A stretch of DNA of 49,885 nucleotides from a virus (Duplodnaviria > Caudoviricetes), in IMG/VR virus record IMGVR_UViG_3300044849_000022, positions 1 to 49,885 of that record; one strand, given 5' to 3'. Below the pieces are notes generated by a model, which saw only the letters and a program-made list of their open reading frames with translations, searched no databases and had not been told where the DNA came from. Both the position numbers and the translations under genes were made by a program. Shown here one piece after another: positions 18,277 to 28,642 of this stretch. The stretch's first letter is position 1, and each line of letters starts with the position of its first letter.

Positions 18277-21200
18277 TTACACACCTGATAAATAATTGAG
18301 CATATCTGCCCAGGTTGTCGCATCAACAACGCCTGTTTGCGGTAATCCTCTATCTTGTTGATACTTAGCTACCGCCTTAACAGTTTTTGGACCAAATGAC
18401 CCATCTACGGGGCAATCGAATCCAATATTCGCTAAAAATTGTTGTACCGTCTTAACATATAATCCACTACTACCTGACTTAACAACCGGTCTTTGCAATG
18501 CTATGGCTTGATTAGACTCTTTAATTGCTAATTTACGATTGTACTCATTTTCTTGAGCCTGCAATTTCTCGGCATTGGCTGCATCCAATGAGGCCTTATA
18601 TTCAACCAAGGACTTATCTAGTTCATACTGCTTTTGCTGCTGGGTAGTATCGTATTCCTGCTGTTTCTGCTGCAATGCCAAAGCATTTTTCTGTTCTTCC
18701 TCAACCTGTTTTAACCATGACGCTTTTGTTCCCACCGGAACGCCCAATATAGCACTGGTATTTTCATCTACATATCCAACCTGGTTTACTGTCGCCCAAG
18801 CCTGCTCAACCTCCGCCGCCCTTTTATCTAAAGCGAATTTTTGTAAATCTAATTCATATTGCTTGTCGGCATTTCTCTGATCCAATACTACTTTAAATTG
18901 CTCCAAGGCCCGTGAATCCAAATCTAACAATGCATTAAACTTATTATTCATTATTGTGAACTCATCCATTTTGCGGTCTGCTTGCATTTGATCCCACTGC
19001 ATAACAGCGTTCATTACATTCATTACTCTATTTTGTTCAGCCTGAAAACGATTATATGCGGCTTGCTCAAATTGGGGTATCAATTCAGCTGCTTTTCTGG
19101 TAACTGTTTCCATAGTACCAGAACTATAAAGCATCCCCTTACTTCCGGATCCTTCCCTTACTTGTCTCTCTGCTTCCTTCTGAGCTAGTATTAAAGCTGA
19201 ATCCGCAGCAGGATCATAGCTAAATTTTTCCTGAGCAGTTTTAACCAATTGATTAATCAAATCCAGTGTTTCCTGGGGTGTTTGGTATGCCTGAAATCCC
19301 TTAATTTCTGTTAAAGCGTTCTGGATTTCATCTTCAAATGCAGACTTGTATGTATACGGATCCTCAATTTTTGCCTGTACATTCTTGAACTCGGCATCTG
19401 TACCAACTATTTTTCCGTCAATCATTTCCAAACCAGAATTATTGACAATCTTAGTCACATCCTGACCATCCGCATAAAACTTACCATCTTTTTGCTCAAT
19501 CTTCATCCCGGATCCGGATAGATAAGTATCTAATGTCTGATCGGATCTGGCAGCTGCATCTTCTTGAATTTTTTTATAAACTGTTTCCGACCCTACCCAT
19601 TGACCATCTACATTAGTTAATCCCTGGTTCGCATAATCACCCAAATTAATCATCTTACCATCAATCTTAGTAATACCATTGGTTATTTCCATATTACCCA
19701 AATATGACCCAAGATCTTTATTTGTAGTGTACCCTTCGCTATCTATTGCCTGAATAAGATTATTATATTGGTTTTCACTACCCCATACCTTGCCATTCAT
19801 TACTTTAAGACCAAAGGATTTAATATAATCATCAGTTATTAACTTACCGTTAATGTAAGTTTTTCCCTCATCTAACGATGTGACTACACTGTGATCTTTA
19901 CTAGCTACATAATCCGTCAAACCCTTCTGGCTTCTGGTTTGTAAAAAATTAACAACTTCCTTATACTGTGACTCTGATCCTACCCATTGACCATTGACCT
20001 GAGATAAGCCAAATTGTGTTAAATCTAATCCGCTTACACTTTTAACTTTATTCTGCTTTAGATAAGCACCTATATCTTGATTACTTGTGTAACCCTGGCT
20101 TTTGGTATCCGATACAATCTGATCAAATTGTGCTTGGGTACCATGCAATTTACCGTTTATTACCTGGATACCGTAATTAGCTAATTCGTCCTTGGTTATC
20201 TTCCGACCATTTATATAAACATCACTACCGGAAGACTGAAAAGACATACTATTCTGGGTAGCATACATATCTAAAGTATCCGGGACTCTCTCTTTAGCAT
20301 CCGTTATAATCTGATTATATGCTTCTTCTGTTCCACCCCAACCCTGGGATGGAACATTGTTTAATCCTTGTTCCATATAAGGTGTAAGATCAAATACCTG
20401 TCCATTAATATAAACAGTATTATCCCCCATTTCGGTCGGGGTTACCTCTAAACCCTGGGATTTTGCATATTCAGATAATGTCTTTGTGCTATAACCTTCT
20501 TGGGCTATTGCATCAGCTACGGCCCGATATTGTTCATCTGTGCCAACAACATTTGCAAATACTTTTTTAAGCCCGTAATCTTTCCAATTTACTTTTTTGT
20601 TATTTATGTAAAGATCATTGTTTATGATCTCTGCTTTCATTCCCATCTCTTTTAAAGCATCGACTAATACTTTGTCCGATCGCTCCGTAATATCTTTTAT
20701 TATCTGTTTATAAGCCGCTTCAGTACCTACCCATTGGCCATTTACGATCTTCATTCCCTGGGAAGCATATTGACTAAAATCTACTTCTTTACCATTGACA
20801 GTAAATTGTGTATTTGTAGCATTCTGACCGACATTTAAACCTTGGGCCTTGGCGTAATTCTGAAAGTCCAAAGACGATGTATAACCCGCTGATTTTACAT
20901 TATTTAGAATCTGTTGGAATTGAGCCAATGAACCCTTAAAATTACCCAATGCATCTTTTACTACCCCGATACTTTGCCAATCTACGGGAGTATAATTTAC
21001 AAATAATTTATCCTTCCATTCTTGTACAGCATACCCGATCTTTTTAGCGAATGAAGAAAAATCATTGAAATTCTCATACACATCTTTTACATAGTTACTG
21101 TTTAGTTTACTTTGGACACCTGTTGTTATATCCTGGGCGGGTGTAGTATTTTTTGGTACTTGTAAATCCTCTAAACCTTGTTTTGCAGCATTAACTATCT

Positions 21201-21435
21201 GATCATTGGTAGTACCAGCTGAGGCAGTAACATTAGTTGTTATGCTTTCCCCCATATTAGCCGTGTTGTTTTCTTGTATTTTTATTTCCTGTAGATTCGT
21301 ATTACCAGTTTCTACTTGGGGCGTACCTAAATTAGTATTTGTTTCTGTATTTGCCGTAGCATCAACGATTTTGGATGCTACATTAACCACTTGATCTATA
21401 TTTGCCGTATTACTATCTTTTATCACATCTGCCAT
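18277..21435 (-). CDS. Virion protein with ~60-aa repeats and a C-terminal peptidoglycan-binding (PG_binding_1) domain
   Basis: GSSGLYVKTVQQFL...VDGSFGPKTVKAVAKYQ...GL..TGVVDATTW; repeated NG...GL...NG.W.GSE..Y. Confidence 0.75.
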   Translation of the reverse strand: MADVIKDSNTANIDQVVNVASKIVDATANTETNTNLGTPQVETGNTNLQEIKIQENNTANMGESITTNVTASAGTTNDQIVNAAKQGLEDLQVPKNTTPAQDITTGVQSKLNSNYVKDVYENFNDFSSFAKKIGYAVQEWKDKLFVNYTPVDWQSIGVVKDALGNFKGSLAQFQQILNNVKSAGYTSSLDFQNYAKAQGLNVGQNATNTQFTVNGKEVDFSQYASQGMKIVNGQWVGTEAAYKQIIKDITERSDKVLVDALKEMGMKAEIINNDLYINNKKVNWKDYGLKKVFANVVGTDEQYRAVADAIAQEGYSTKTLSEYAKSQGLEVTPTEMGDNTVYINGQVFDLTPYMEQGLNNVPSQGWGGTEEAYNQIITDAKERVPDTLDMYATQNSMSFQSSGSDVYINGRKITKDELANYGIQVINGKLHGTQAQFDQIVSDTKSQGYTSNQDIGAYLKQNKVKSVSGLDLTQFGLSQVNGQWVGSESQYKEVVNFLQTRSQKGLTDYVASKDHSVVTSLDEGKTYINGKLITDDYIKSFGLKVMNGKVWGSENQYNNLIQAIDSEGYTTNKDLGSYLGNMEITNGITKIDGKMINLGDYANQGLTNVDGQWVGSETVYKKIQEDAAARSDQTLDTYLSGSGMKIEQKDGKFYADGQDVTKIVNNSGLEMIDGKIVGTDAEFKNVQAKIEDPYTYKSAFEDEIQNALTEIKGFQAYQTPQETLDLINQLVKTAQEKFSYDPAADSALILAQKEAERQVREGSGSKGMLYSSGTMETVTRKAAELIPQFEQAAYNRFQAEQNRVMNVMNAVMQWDQMQADRKMDEFTIMNNKFNALLDLDSRALEQFKVVLDQRNADKQYELDLQKFALDKRAAEVEQAWATVNQVGYVDENTSAILGVPVGTKASWLKQVEEEQKNALALQQKQQEYDTTQQQKQYELDKSLVEYKASLDAANAEKLQAQENEYNRKLAIKESNQAIALQRPVVKSGSSGLYVKTVQQFLANIGFDCPVDGSFGPKTVKAVAKYQQDRGLPQTGVVDATTWADMLNYLSGV

Positions 21436-21448
21436 CTATTCTCACCCC

Positions 21449-22735
21449 CTAATAGTTTTCTATCGATCTGACTGAAAGTATACAAGAATCCGGATAAGTA
21501 CCCGCCGGAATAATATTATCGCTGGAAGCTGCACCACTAAAAGCACAATAGCTGTTAAACACATCCCCTTTTGCCGCAGCTATCCTTGTTCGCAAATTAT
21601 GGGTTATCCACGTCTCTTGACCTACCATCCTTGCGGGCATTATTCCTGATGCAATGTTGGTAGAATTTTTCCGTAACATTACCCAGCTATAAATACCTTC
21701 TCCCCGGTTTACCCACAACCTTAAATCGACCTCCACAGCTTTTACCTTTGAACTATTTATTGTAATGCCATTGTCTGAACTACTGTAACCAATATCCGTG
21801 CTATCCCCAATTTGTAAAGCCAAACTATCAAATGTAACTATTCCCCCGGATGACATTGCTTGATCGGCAGTCTTGGCAATCTGTACACCTGGAAATCCGG
21901 CCCATCCTTTGGAAGCCACAAGATTAGTTGAAACTGCACTCCTGTAAAGATAGACATTTCCTGTCGATGCATCGGACCCCAAAAGCACTTTTTTTGTAGT
22001 TGCTATCTGTATCGAAGTAGAATTAAACCATATGTAATCTAAATAAGCGCCGCAAGAATCTAAGGTACCTAACAGTATGCCATCAGTGGTCATTTCCATT
22101 ATTTCTTTAAACTTAACCAAGTATGAAACCGAAGTAGGTACCGCTCCTACGGCCAAACGTGTCTTTGTCAGCCCTGATATTGACGCCCAAGCTGTAGAAA
22201 CCATGGTATAATTACCATAAAAAGCATCCCAAAATAATCCCGTTCGACCGTCTGAACTTTCAAACGGAGTCGTATAGCCAGTACTAGACGCCACTATTGG
22301 AACCGTAGAATTAAAATAAATACCCTTTAATACATTAGTAGTCCCCGTCTTACCTAAATAAATATTGTTACCTACATTTATATCCTGACTTGTATTAACA
22401 TTCCCCGAAAAGATCGCGTTACCGTTGGCATCTAAACTGAGCGTTTCTACTCCGGTACTATTAAATAATTTGAACACAAAGTTGCTTGTTGATGCCTCAT
22501 ATCCCATCTTTAACCTTAGATTAGTCGATGCCTGAGAAGTCAGAGCATCAAAATCATACATGGTTAAAAGTGGGCCATCAATAACCGTTTCGCCACCCTC
22601 GCTTTTGATTTCGCATCTTTCCGTGTACAACCTCCTTACATTCTGACTATCCAAATGGGTTAACAGATGATTTAAATCCCGCTGCAACTTAATTATTTCA
22701 TCTTCATTAAATCCATAACTTAAATTTACGTCCAT
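21449..22735 (-). CDS. Putative tail fibre/spike protein
   Basis: Position after the nozzle gene; beta-rich, S/T/G-rich, C1q/TNF-like C-terminus. Confidence 0.55.
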   Translation of the reverse strand: MDVNLSYGFNEDEIIKLQRDLNHLLTHLDSQNVRRLYTERCEIKSEGGETVIDGPLLTMYDFDALTSQASTNLRLKMGYEASTSNFVFKLFNSTGVETLSLDANGNAIFSGNVNTSQDINVGNNIYLGKTGTTNVLKGIYFNSTVPIVASSTGYTTPFESSDGRTGLFWDAFYGNYTMVSTAWASISGLTKTRLAVGAVPTSVSYLVKFKEIMEMTTDGILLGTLDSCGAYLDYIWFNSTSIQIATTKKVLLGSDASTGNVYLYRSAVSTNLVASKGWAGFPGVQIAKTADQAMSSGGIVTFDSLALQIGDSTDIGYSSSDNGITINSSKVKAVEVDLRLWVNRGEGIYSWVMLRKNSTNIASGIMPARMVGQETWITHNLRTRIAAAKGDVFNSYCAFSGAASSDNIIPAGTYPDSCILSVRSIENY

Positions 22736-24229
22736 CTAAACCATCTCCCCAAATGAAATTTGATTAACCTGTAAACCGTGCATTTTCCGATATCCGGTAC
22801 CACTAAATTTAAACTTATAAATATTACTGTTTTGCAATTGTGTGGAAGTTGGCAATAATCTATTCCTTTTAATTCCGGGCATACTTAAAGTAAAATCCGT
22901 ACTTAAAGCTATACTTGTGTAAGTCGTGGATCCATCGGTAGTATTCTTGTTATCCCAATAATCACAGGTCATAGTTTTATCACTGCTGCCCTCATGCATA
23001 ACCCATATATCGGTTACATGTGTATTTGTGTTGTAATTCGGATCATACAATGGCTTAGTTTCCAATGACCAATTTATCGGATCGCTTGTGCCATCAATAC
23101 CGGTTTTATAAGTCGAACACATATCAAATAATTTTTTAGTGGTCGAATCATCATTCCAACCGACTAACATTTCATCAACATTAACCATTCCCCGAAAGTT
23201 TCCATCCTCAACATGTACATTGGTTATACCCATATCTATGTTTCTTACATCCACTACAACCATCCGGTTACATGCTGTAGATTTGTAAGGAATACTGAAA
23301 TATAACTTACCTTTTACAGCTCCCGCGGTAATCAGACTCTTATAATCCCAATTGATACCATCGATATACTTTTTAGCCTGGAAAGCAATTTGTCTTGGGA
23401 TCCCACCGGTATACATATATATCCCGGTATAATCCATCCAAAATAATTTTCCGGAGTATTCACACCATGCATCCTTAGCAACACATCCCTGTTTCAAACT
23501 GATATTAACTAGTTCAAAATTATCAAAGTATGTACCATATAATTCATACATGCTTTGGTCTGAAAAGATTATTACGTGATTTGAAAAGGTCAAAATAGCC
23601 GTTGGCTTGCCTACCATATCCGTTAAATCGATCCATCCTGCGTCTTCCGCAGTCGTCCAATCAGTTATATCACCTTGGGCACAATAGCGTAATGTCCTAC
23701 CATCATAATCTATACCATATAATCGGTACTTATGCGATGTTAATAGATTGGATCTTGGGCTTGCTGTACTTGCAAATGTGCTGAATGCTGCCCCGTCCCA
23801 ATACGAATTATATTGTGTAGAACCGGGAGAATGAGCCAATATGGTATACTTTGCGGTTTGGGTATTAAACTCAACAAAAGTTGCCTTGGCTGTAGTTACC
23901 AAAGTACTAGAAATCACCGTCCATACATCAGTTGTCTCATTACAATACTTCCATTCGTTACCTGCCTTAACATGAATCTGCGTAAGACTTGTACTATCCG
24001 TGGAAGATCTTCGGCCTATCCCGTAAAATAGTGAAGACGAAGACGGCGCGGATAGAATACGCCTATCCGGTCGCACCTCTAAAGAGGGATAGCTATCCGA
24101 ACACATGTTTAAATCATCAGTCAATTCGGTATCTTTAATAAATAAAGGATCATTGAAAGTATTTATACCACCGCCAAAACCTTGTAATATCTGTTTTCTC
24201 CTAGCACTTAAATTGTTCCAATAAGCCAT
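22736..24229 (-). CDS. Tail nozzle / DNA-stabilisation protein (P22 gp10-like)
   Basis: N-terminal FGGGIN, ~500 aa propeller-like pattern, GC....W....GKLFW....GIY.Y.GG. Confidence 0.7.
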   Translation of the reverse strand: MAYWNNLSARRKQILQGFGGGINTFNDPLFIKDTELTDDLNMCSDSYPSLEVRPDRRILSAPSSSSLFYGIGRRSSTDSTSLTQIHVKAGNEWKYCNETTDVWTVISSTLVTTAKATFVEFNTQTAKYTILAHSPGSTQYNSYWDGAAFSTFASTASPRSNLLTSHKYRLYGIDYDGRTLRYCAQGDITDWTTAEDAGWIDLTDMVGKPTAILTFSNHVIIFSDQSMYELYGTYFDNFELVNISLKQGCVAKDAWCEYSGKLFWMDYTGIYMYTGGIPRQIAFQAKKYIDGINWDYKSLITAGAVKGKLYFSIPYKSTACNRMVVVDVRNIDMGITNVHVEDGNFRGMVNVDEMLVGWNDDSTTKKLFDMCSTYKTGIDGTSDPINWSLETKPLYDPNYNTNTHVTDIWVMHEGSSDKTMTCDYWDNKNTTDGSTTYTSIALSTDFTLSMPGIKRNRLLPTSTQLQNSNIYKFKFSGTGYRKMHGLQVNQISFGEMV

Positions 24230-24233
24230 CCCC

Positions 24234-24887
24234 TCACCACCAATCCTTATAAGACCTCTTAAATTTAGCTGTCCTGGTTTCTAATTGTTTCTTGCGTAAC
24301 TTTAATTTTCCCAAAGCTTCCAAAGCTTCCATTTCGTAGTTATTCCCCAGATCAATCCGTGGAAATGCTCCGGATCGGCATACTACAGCGGCCAACTTGT
24401 TTTGAATATACCCCGTGATCATATCGTCTACCTTGATAATTGTAGTCGAATCACTTGACGCAAATCCGAAGACTAACGGTGGTATACATTTATACCTTAA
24501 CCAATGCTTATCTTCAGTCGATAACCCATAAAATGTTACTCCGCTAGAACCTACCTCACACCATTGCTGGGTAGCTGCGCTTTCATCCATGCCCTTATAC
24601 TTATATTCGGTATAGTCGCTATATGGCATTGTTGACGGGCTTATAGCTACATCATAGGTACTATTAGACACCCCCACCCACAACACATCGCGCCAGTTAA
24701 TATCCGAACTTGGAAAGTTATAAAACGCTGCATTTGTAGATGAATTGGTATCCCAGGTATCATAATAACTATTGTAATCTTTGATATCCTTACAAATATC
24801 CTGCAAATACACATACTTATCTGTTGTGGCTATCGCATTAGGTACAATAGAATTTACATAATTAATGAAATCCCCTACTGTTTTCAT
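24234..24887 (-). CDS. Putative head-tail adaptor
   Basis: Size, MKTVGDFINYV N-terminus, position upstream of the nozzle gene. Confidence 0.55.
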   Translation of the reverse strand: MKTVGDFINYVNSIVPNAIATTDKYVYLQDICKDIKDYNSYYDTWDTNSSTNAAFYNFPSSDINWRDVLWVGVSNSTYDVAISPSTMPYSDYTEYKYKGMDESAATQQWCEVGSSGVTFYGLSTEDKHWLRYKCIPPLVFGFASSDSTTIIKVDDMITGYIQNKLAAVVCRSGAFPRIDLGNNYEMEALEALGKLKLRKKQLETRTAKFKRSYKDWW

Positions 24888-24902
24888 ATCATCACCGCCT
24901 AA

Positions 24903-25223
24903 TTATTTCCAGCATATCGCTTGATATCTTGGAACCGTTGTTGGCGCACTAACATATAAAGCAGAATCAACCTTTAAATCAATTATTGATCCCTCTGTTA
25001 ACATAATCGCATTATTATTAGTACTGAGTGCATTAGACGTAAAACCTATGTATACGGTTCCCGTGGTCGCTTCTACCGTTAAATCAAATTTTTGGCCTAG
25101 TATTGAACTACTACCTAACGTTAAATCTGAACTCTTTATAAAACTGGGAACATTCGCTGAGGTACTAGCTGATCTATCTGAAAACATTGCTCTTACTTCT
25201 CTGAACATTTGCCTGTTGTACAT
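24903..25223 (-). CDS. Small virion-associated hypothetical protein (start MYNRQ)
   Basis: SD AAGGAGGT upstream of 25223; beta-rich. Confidence 0.6.
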   Translation of the reverse strand: MYNRQMFREVRAMFSDRSASTSANVPSFIKSSDLTLGSSSILGQKFDLTVEATTGTVYIGFTSNALSTNNNAIMLTEGSIIDLKVDSALYVSAPTTVPRYQAICWK

Positions 25224-25240
25224 AACATACACCTCCTTTA

Positions 25241-25537
25241 TTATTCGTGCGGCAAGTCCCAATCCGTGGAGTATATAGCTTCCACATAAAAATTATCCAC
25301 CCCCGCCATTGCATTACCATTCTCGATCCAATAATCTAAAGGTTTTATTATATTACAATAGGAAATTTCTCCTTCGATCTCTGGTAGAGCTGTGTTAATG
25401 TCTGGGCTTGACTGTAAAGATATAGGTCTACCTTTCCATGCCGTTAAATTTGCATTGATTGTATTTATGTCTTGCTGTGCTTTATCTAAAGCATCTTGTA
25501 AGTCTATACCCATGTATAATAATCTATTTTCCCACAT
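25241..25537 (-). CDS. Hypothetical protein
   Basis: SD AGGAGGT; co-oriented in the late operon. Confidence 0.6.
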   Translation of the reverse strand: MWENRLLYMGIDLQDALDKAQQDINTINANLTAWKGRPISLQSSPDINTALPEIEGEISYCNIIKPLDYWIENGNAMAGVDNFYVEAIYSTDWDLPHE

Positions 25538-25548
25538 ACAATTACCTC

Positions 25549-26433
25549 CTAAATATCTGAACTTCTTATTGTGTATAAATTAGATATATCCATATTAAAG
25601 AGTAAAATTTCTTTTATGAATCCTGCATAATAAATAGTTGGCCAGGAATTTAATCCTCCACCAATTCTTGCACCACTAGAAGTATTTTTATAGTAAGTCA
25701 CGTTGCTTGTATTTATCGTATCGTCAGCATTGAGCATCACCTTAGATACGCCTAATATATTTTTAATAGTTAACATCTGCGATACACCATCTATATACGT
25801 AGCTCCTAATGTATGCTGTATCCATCCTCCGCTACTATTTGCACTATAGTAGCATACAGGCGCATTAAATGTATTTATGAATGCAATATGCCCCAGCTGA
25901 GCATCCGATGGCGTTCCTGTTCCAACATCAAACAGTATATTCCAATTATTATTAAACGTAGACTTAAATATAATCCCCTGGGTAAAATTATCATTAGCTA
26001 ATCCCGAATAATAGCTGATATCCAATACATTGGATACCCCGTCAAATTTTAGCCCATCTGAATGGTAGTTGCTTCCATCGCTAATTTGAGGACATTTAGC
26101 TATATCTGCTTGTGTCGCGGGATAATCAGGATTAACTTCATTATTTACCCAGTCTACTACACCTGCTGCTCCCCCTAACCAAGTCATAATTGCTGTAGAA
26201 TCAATACTCCCTGTACCTGTAAACCCGAAATATTTAGACTCAAGTGTAGTCGCATTAACTACTCGCACAGAATAATGATTTAGCCCTGTAAATAGCTTTT
26301 TATACGGACTAAATGCATACCCCATTTGACTCACCGTTATACCCAAAGCTGTTAATACTCCTGGAATTTTCGCTTTAACTCTTGCTTTTGGTGTATATCC
26401 TATAGGCTTCCTTTTATTCTTTTTCCTCAGCAT
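25549..26433 (-). CDS. Putative lectin-like (LamG/ConA-fold) virion protein
   Basis: GLKFDG...L, GARIGG, GFIKEILLFN are LamG-like signatures. Confidence 0.55.
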   Translation of the reverse strand: MLRKKNKRKPIGYTPKARVKAKIPGVLTALGITVSQMGYAFSPYKKLFTGLNHYSVRVVNATTLESKYFGFTGTGSIDSTAIMTWLGGAAGVVDWVNNEVNPDYPATQADIAKCPQISDGSNYHSDGLKFDGVSNVLDISYYSGLANDNFTQGIIFKSTFNNNWNILFDVGTGTPSDAQLGHIAFINTFNAPVCYYSANSSGGWIQHTLGATYIDGVSQMLTIKNILGVSKVMLNADDTINTSNVTYYKNTSSGARIGGGLNSWPTIYYAGFIKEILLFNMDISNLYTIRSSDI

Positions 26434-26456
26434 CCTCCCACCTCCTCATTTTAAAA

Positions 26457-26483
26457 TAGGGACATAGATAACCTATGTCCCAT
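26457..26483 (-). terminator. Intrinsic terminator after the capsid-proximal genes
   Basis: gggacatag/ctatgtccc hairpin, followed by T-run on the minus strand. Confidence 0.65.
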
Positions 26484-26506
26484 CTATATTATGGAAGAAT
26501 AACCTA

Positions 26507-27088
26507 TTATGAAGTTCTCGGAGCTGTTGAAGTCCGGATGCCTGCGGCATCTCCCCAAGTATTGATAGCTGTAGATTCGCATTGAACGCCTCTAACAGCC
26601 CATAAACTCGTAGATAAACCCCTCAAACTTATGCCCTGGACACCATTAATGGCACTACTAAAGTGAATGTATCTAACTTTAGTTGCTGCTTTGGTACTCC
26701 AATCCGTGGTTCCGAATATGGAAGCCCCTGTCATGCTGATGTCTAGCATAACGTTGGTACTGCCAGAATCAAAATATATGTCCTTTTGACATCCGGCATA
26801 CGGATTATCCAGACTTAATTGCGCCCTGTCAGACGAACTTAAATTCGTATAACTAGACGGATATATGTATGTTATTCCTGCCCTTTTAATAGTTGTAGAA
26901 CTAAATACTAGAGCGGTACTAGCACTTATAGCCTGAATTAAATCAGAAGTACCCTGTATAAGTTCGCCGTTGGTGCTAAATACCTGGGCACCACCTTGCC
27001 ATAATGATCCTGCTGAATCAAATATCTTATGACCCGTAGAACCGTGGAAAGAAGTTGATAAAGTTGAACCTAATACATTTTTAGGCAT
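26507..27088 (-). CDS. Ser/Thr-rich putative capsid-associated protein
   Basis: Immediately downstream of the capsid gene and before the terminator; 11 ST dipeptides. Confidence 0.6.
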   Translation of the reverse strand: MPKNVLGSTLSTSFHGSTGHKIFDSAGSLWQGGAQVFSTNGELIQGTSDLIQAISASTALVFSSTTIKRAGITYIYPSSYTNLSSSDRAQLSLDNPYAGCQKDIYFDSGSTNVMLDISMTGASIFGTTDWSTKAATKVRYIHFSSAINGVQGISLRGLSTSLWAVRGVQCESTAINTWGDAAGIRTSTAPRTS

Positions 27089-27101
27089 TTAAACCACCTC
27101 C

Positions 27102-27998
27102 TTACACACCTGCATTATAAGCGATTCCCACATTAGGAATAGCCCCAGTTTCATATATTGCAAGACTATTAATATAGAAATTCTTAGTACTAATCTTATC
27201 TTGATCCTGGTCAGTTACAGTTTTCTCAAACCATTGGAATACAATGTGGTCAAACATTCTATCCCACATTGCATAAGCAGTTTGGGAAGTAAGATAAGTA
27301 CTATAATGCCAGCTGATTTGTGGTAATACGTTTTTAGTATTACTCATTTCGTTAGCTTTATTAACACTCTTATAAACTTCTTCTACTGTTAACTGATTAC
27401 AATAGTGAGTTAGTCCGTCTGTCGGCCTGGTTTTCATTGGGCCGCCAGCATGATTCTTGAAACTATAGAACATATTGATCATTGTTCGGTGGTTGTCAGG
27501 ATCAGCAATACTTGAAGCGGTTGCTAAAGTATTATTTAGTAATGCGCTGTCAACCAATGGATGACTAGCCGAACCTATAGGCTGACCGTCTGCCAGGTTA
27601 ACAGTTAATGCATTATCCCACCAGTAAATAGCCCTTGCTTCTTCGTATTCTCTCATAGTCCTTGCTAATTCCTTAGCTTTTGCACTATTAACCACCCCGT
27701 ATAAGTCATACTTGATTGCTTCCATAGTATGTGCAAAACCATTAGCAATAACCTTATTGGTAATACTGGTTTGGTATGCCTGACTGATGGATCCATATGT
27801 AATGCTGCCACCCTCTGGTTTTTCTTCGGCAGCTTTTAAGTTGCCCATGCTGTCATAGGTTTCTGTCTTCTTAGTTGCGGTCTTTGCTGTTGTAAATTCA
27901 GGGTACTCCAAGGGATATGAATCGTAGTTTCCTGTAAATATCTCCTTTTGCCCTGCTAAAATCATTCTGCTGATATCAGCTGTTAATGTATAAGCCAT
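27102..27998 (-). CDS. Major capsid protein (HK97 fold, Mu gpT-like)
   Basis: KPEGGSITY, T.EAI.YDLYG, ELARTM, ADGQPI.SASHPL; follows the scaffold. Confidence 0.85.
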   Translation of the reverse strand: MAYTLTADISRMILAGQKEIFTGNYDSYPLEYPEFTTAKTATKKTETYDSMGNLKAAEEKPEGGSITYGSISQAYQTSITNKVIANGFAHTMEAIKYDLYGVVNSAKAKELARTMREYEEARAIYWWDNALTVNLADGQPIGSASHPLVDSALLNNTLATASSIADPDNHRTMINMFYSFKNHAGGPMKTRPTDGLTHYCNQLTVEEVYKSVNKANEMSNTKNVLPQISWHYSTYLTSQTAYAMWDRMFDHIVFQWFEKTVTDQDQDKISTKNFYINSLAIYETGAIPNVGIAYNAGV

Positions 27999-28010
27999 CT
28001 ATATCCCTCC

Positions 28011-28631
28011 TTACCATGAAAATGAACTTGAATCTTTTACCGGTATTACAAACAGTTTCCTTCTGTTTGTATCGTAACCTGTAATTCTGAAACATTTAGA
28101 ACCATTTGTTGACCCGGTTAAACCTGGCGCAACTGTCGATCCAGCATTAGTCATACAAAGTTTCATATTTGATGGTAATGCTGCATTAAGGGCAGTCGCC
28201 GGAGCCGCGAATTGCGTAGTTGCAAATCCTACTAATGACCCTATATCACTCGATCCAGGTAAAACAGTACTGTTTAAAGTACTGAAATTAATTGCATATT
28301 CTTTACCAAAGTCAAATCGTTCTACATATATATTTTGAGTTGATCCGGGGCCAATGTATTGTACTCCGTTTAAGTTTGAGCTATCCGAATCAAACCCCAT
28401 TAAAATTCCATATATATTGGCTATATTACCGACATCCGTTGTAGGACATCCCATTGATAAGGATCCACCTGCACCGGCATTTGTTGAATGCCTTAGCATA
28501 AGTCTACCAATATCAGAAGAGTAACAGCCAAGTGTTGAATATGCTGTCCCGTTAGAACCCGTTGACAATCTAGCTTTCACTACAAAAGGATCTCCAAAAT
28601 CCGCATATCGTCTTTCACAGATCTTTGCCAT
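28011..28631 (-). CDS. Putative capsid decoration/cement protein, Ser/Thr-rich
   Basis: Lies between scaffold and capsid; G/S/T-rich. Confidence 0.55.
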   Translation of the reverse strand: MAKICERRYADFGDPFVVKARLSTGSNGTAYSTLGCYSSDIGRLMLRHSTNAGAGGSLSMGCPTTDVGNIANIYGILMGFDSDSSNLNGVQYIGPGSTQNIYVERFDFGKEYAINFSTLNSTVLPGSSDIGSLVGFATTQFAAPATALNAALPSNMKLCMTNAGSTVAPGLTGSTNGSKCFRITGYDTNRRKLFVIPVKDSSSFSW

Positions 28632-28642
28632 AAAATCACCTT

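Noticed and set aside
16859-21435. Diversity-generating retroelement suggested by duplicated segments
   Set aside because: No reverse transcriptase; similarity is protein-level paralogy, not adenine-specific TR/VR variation
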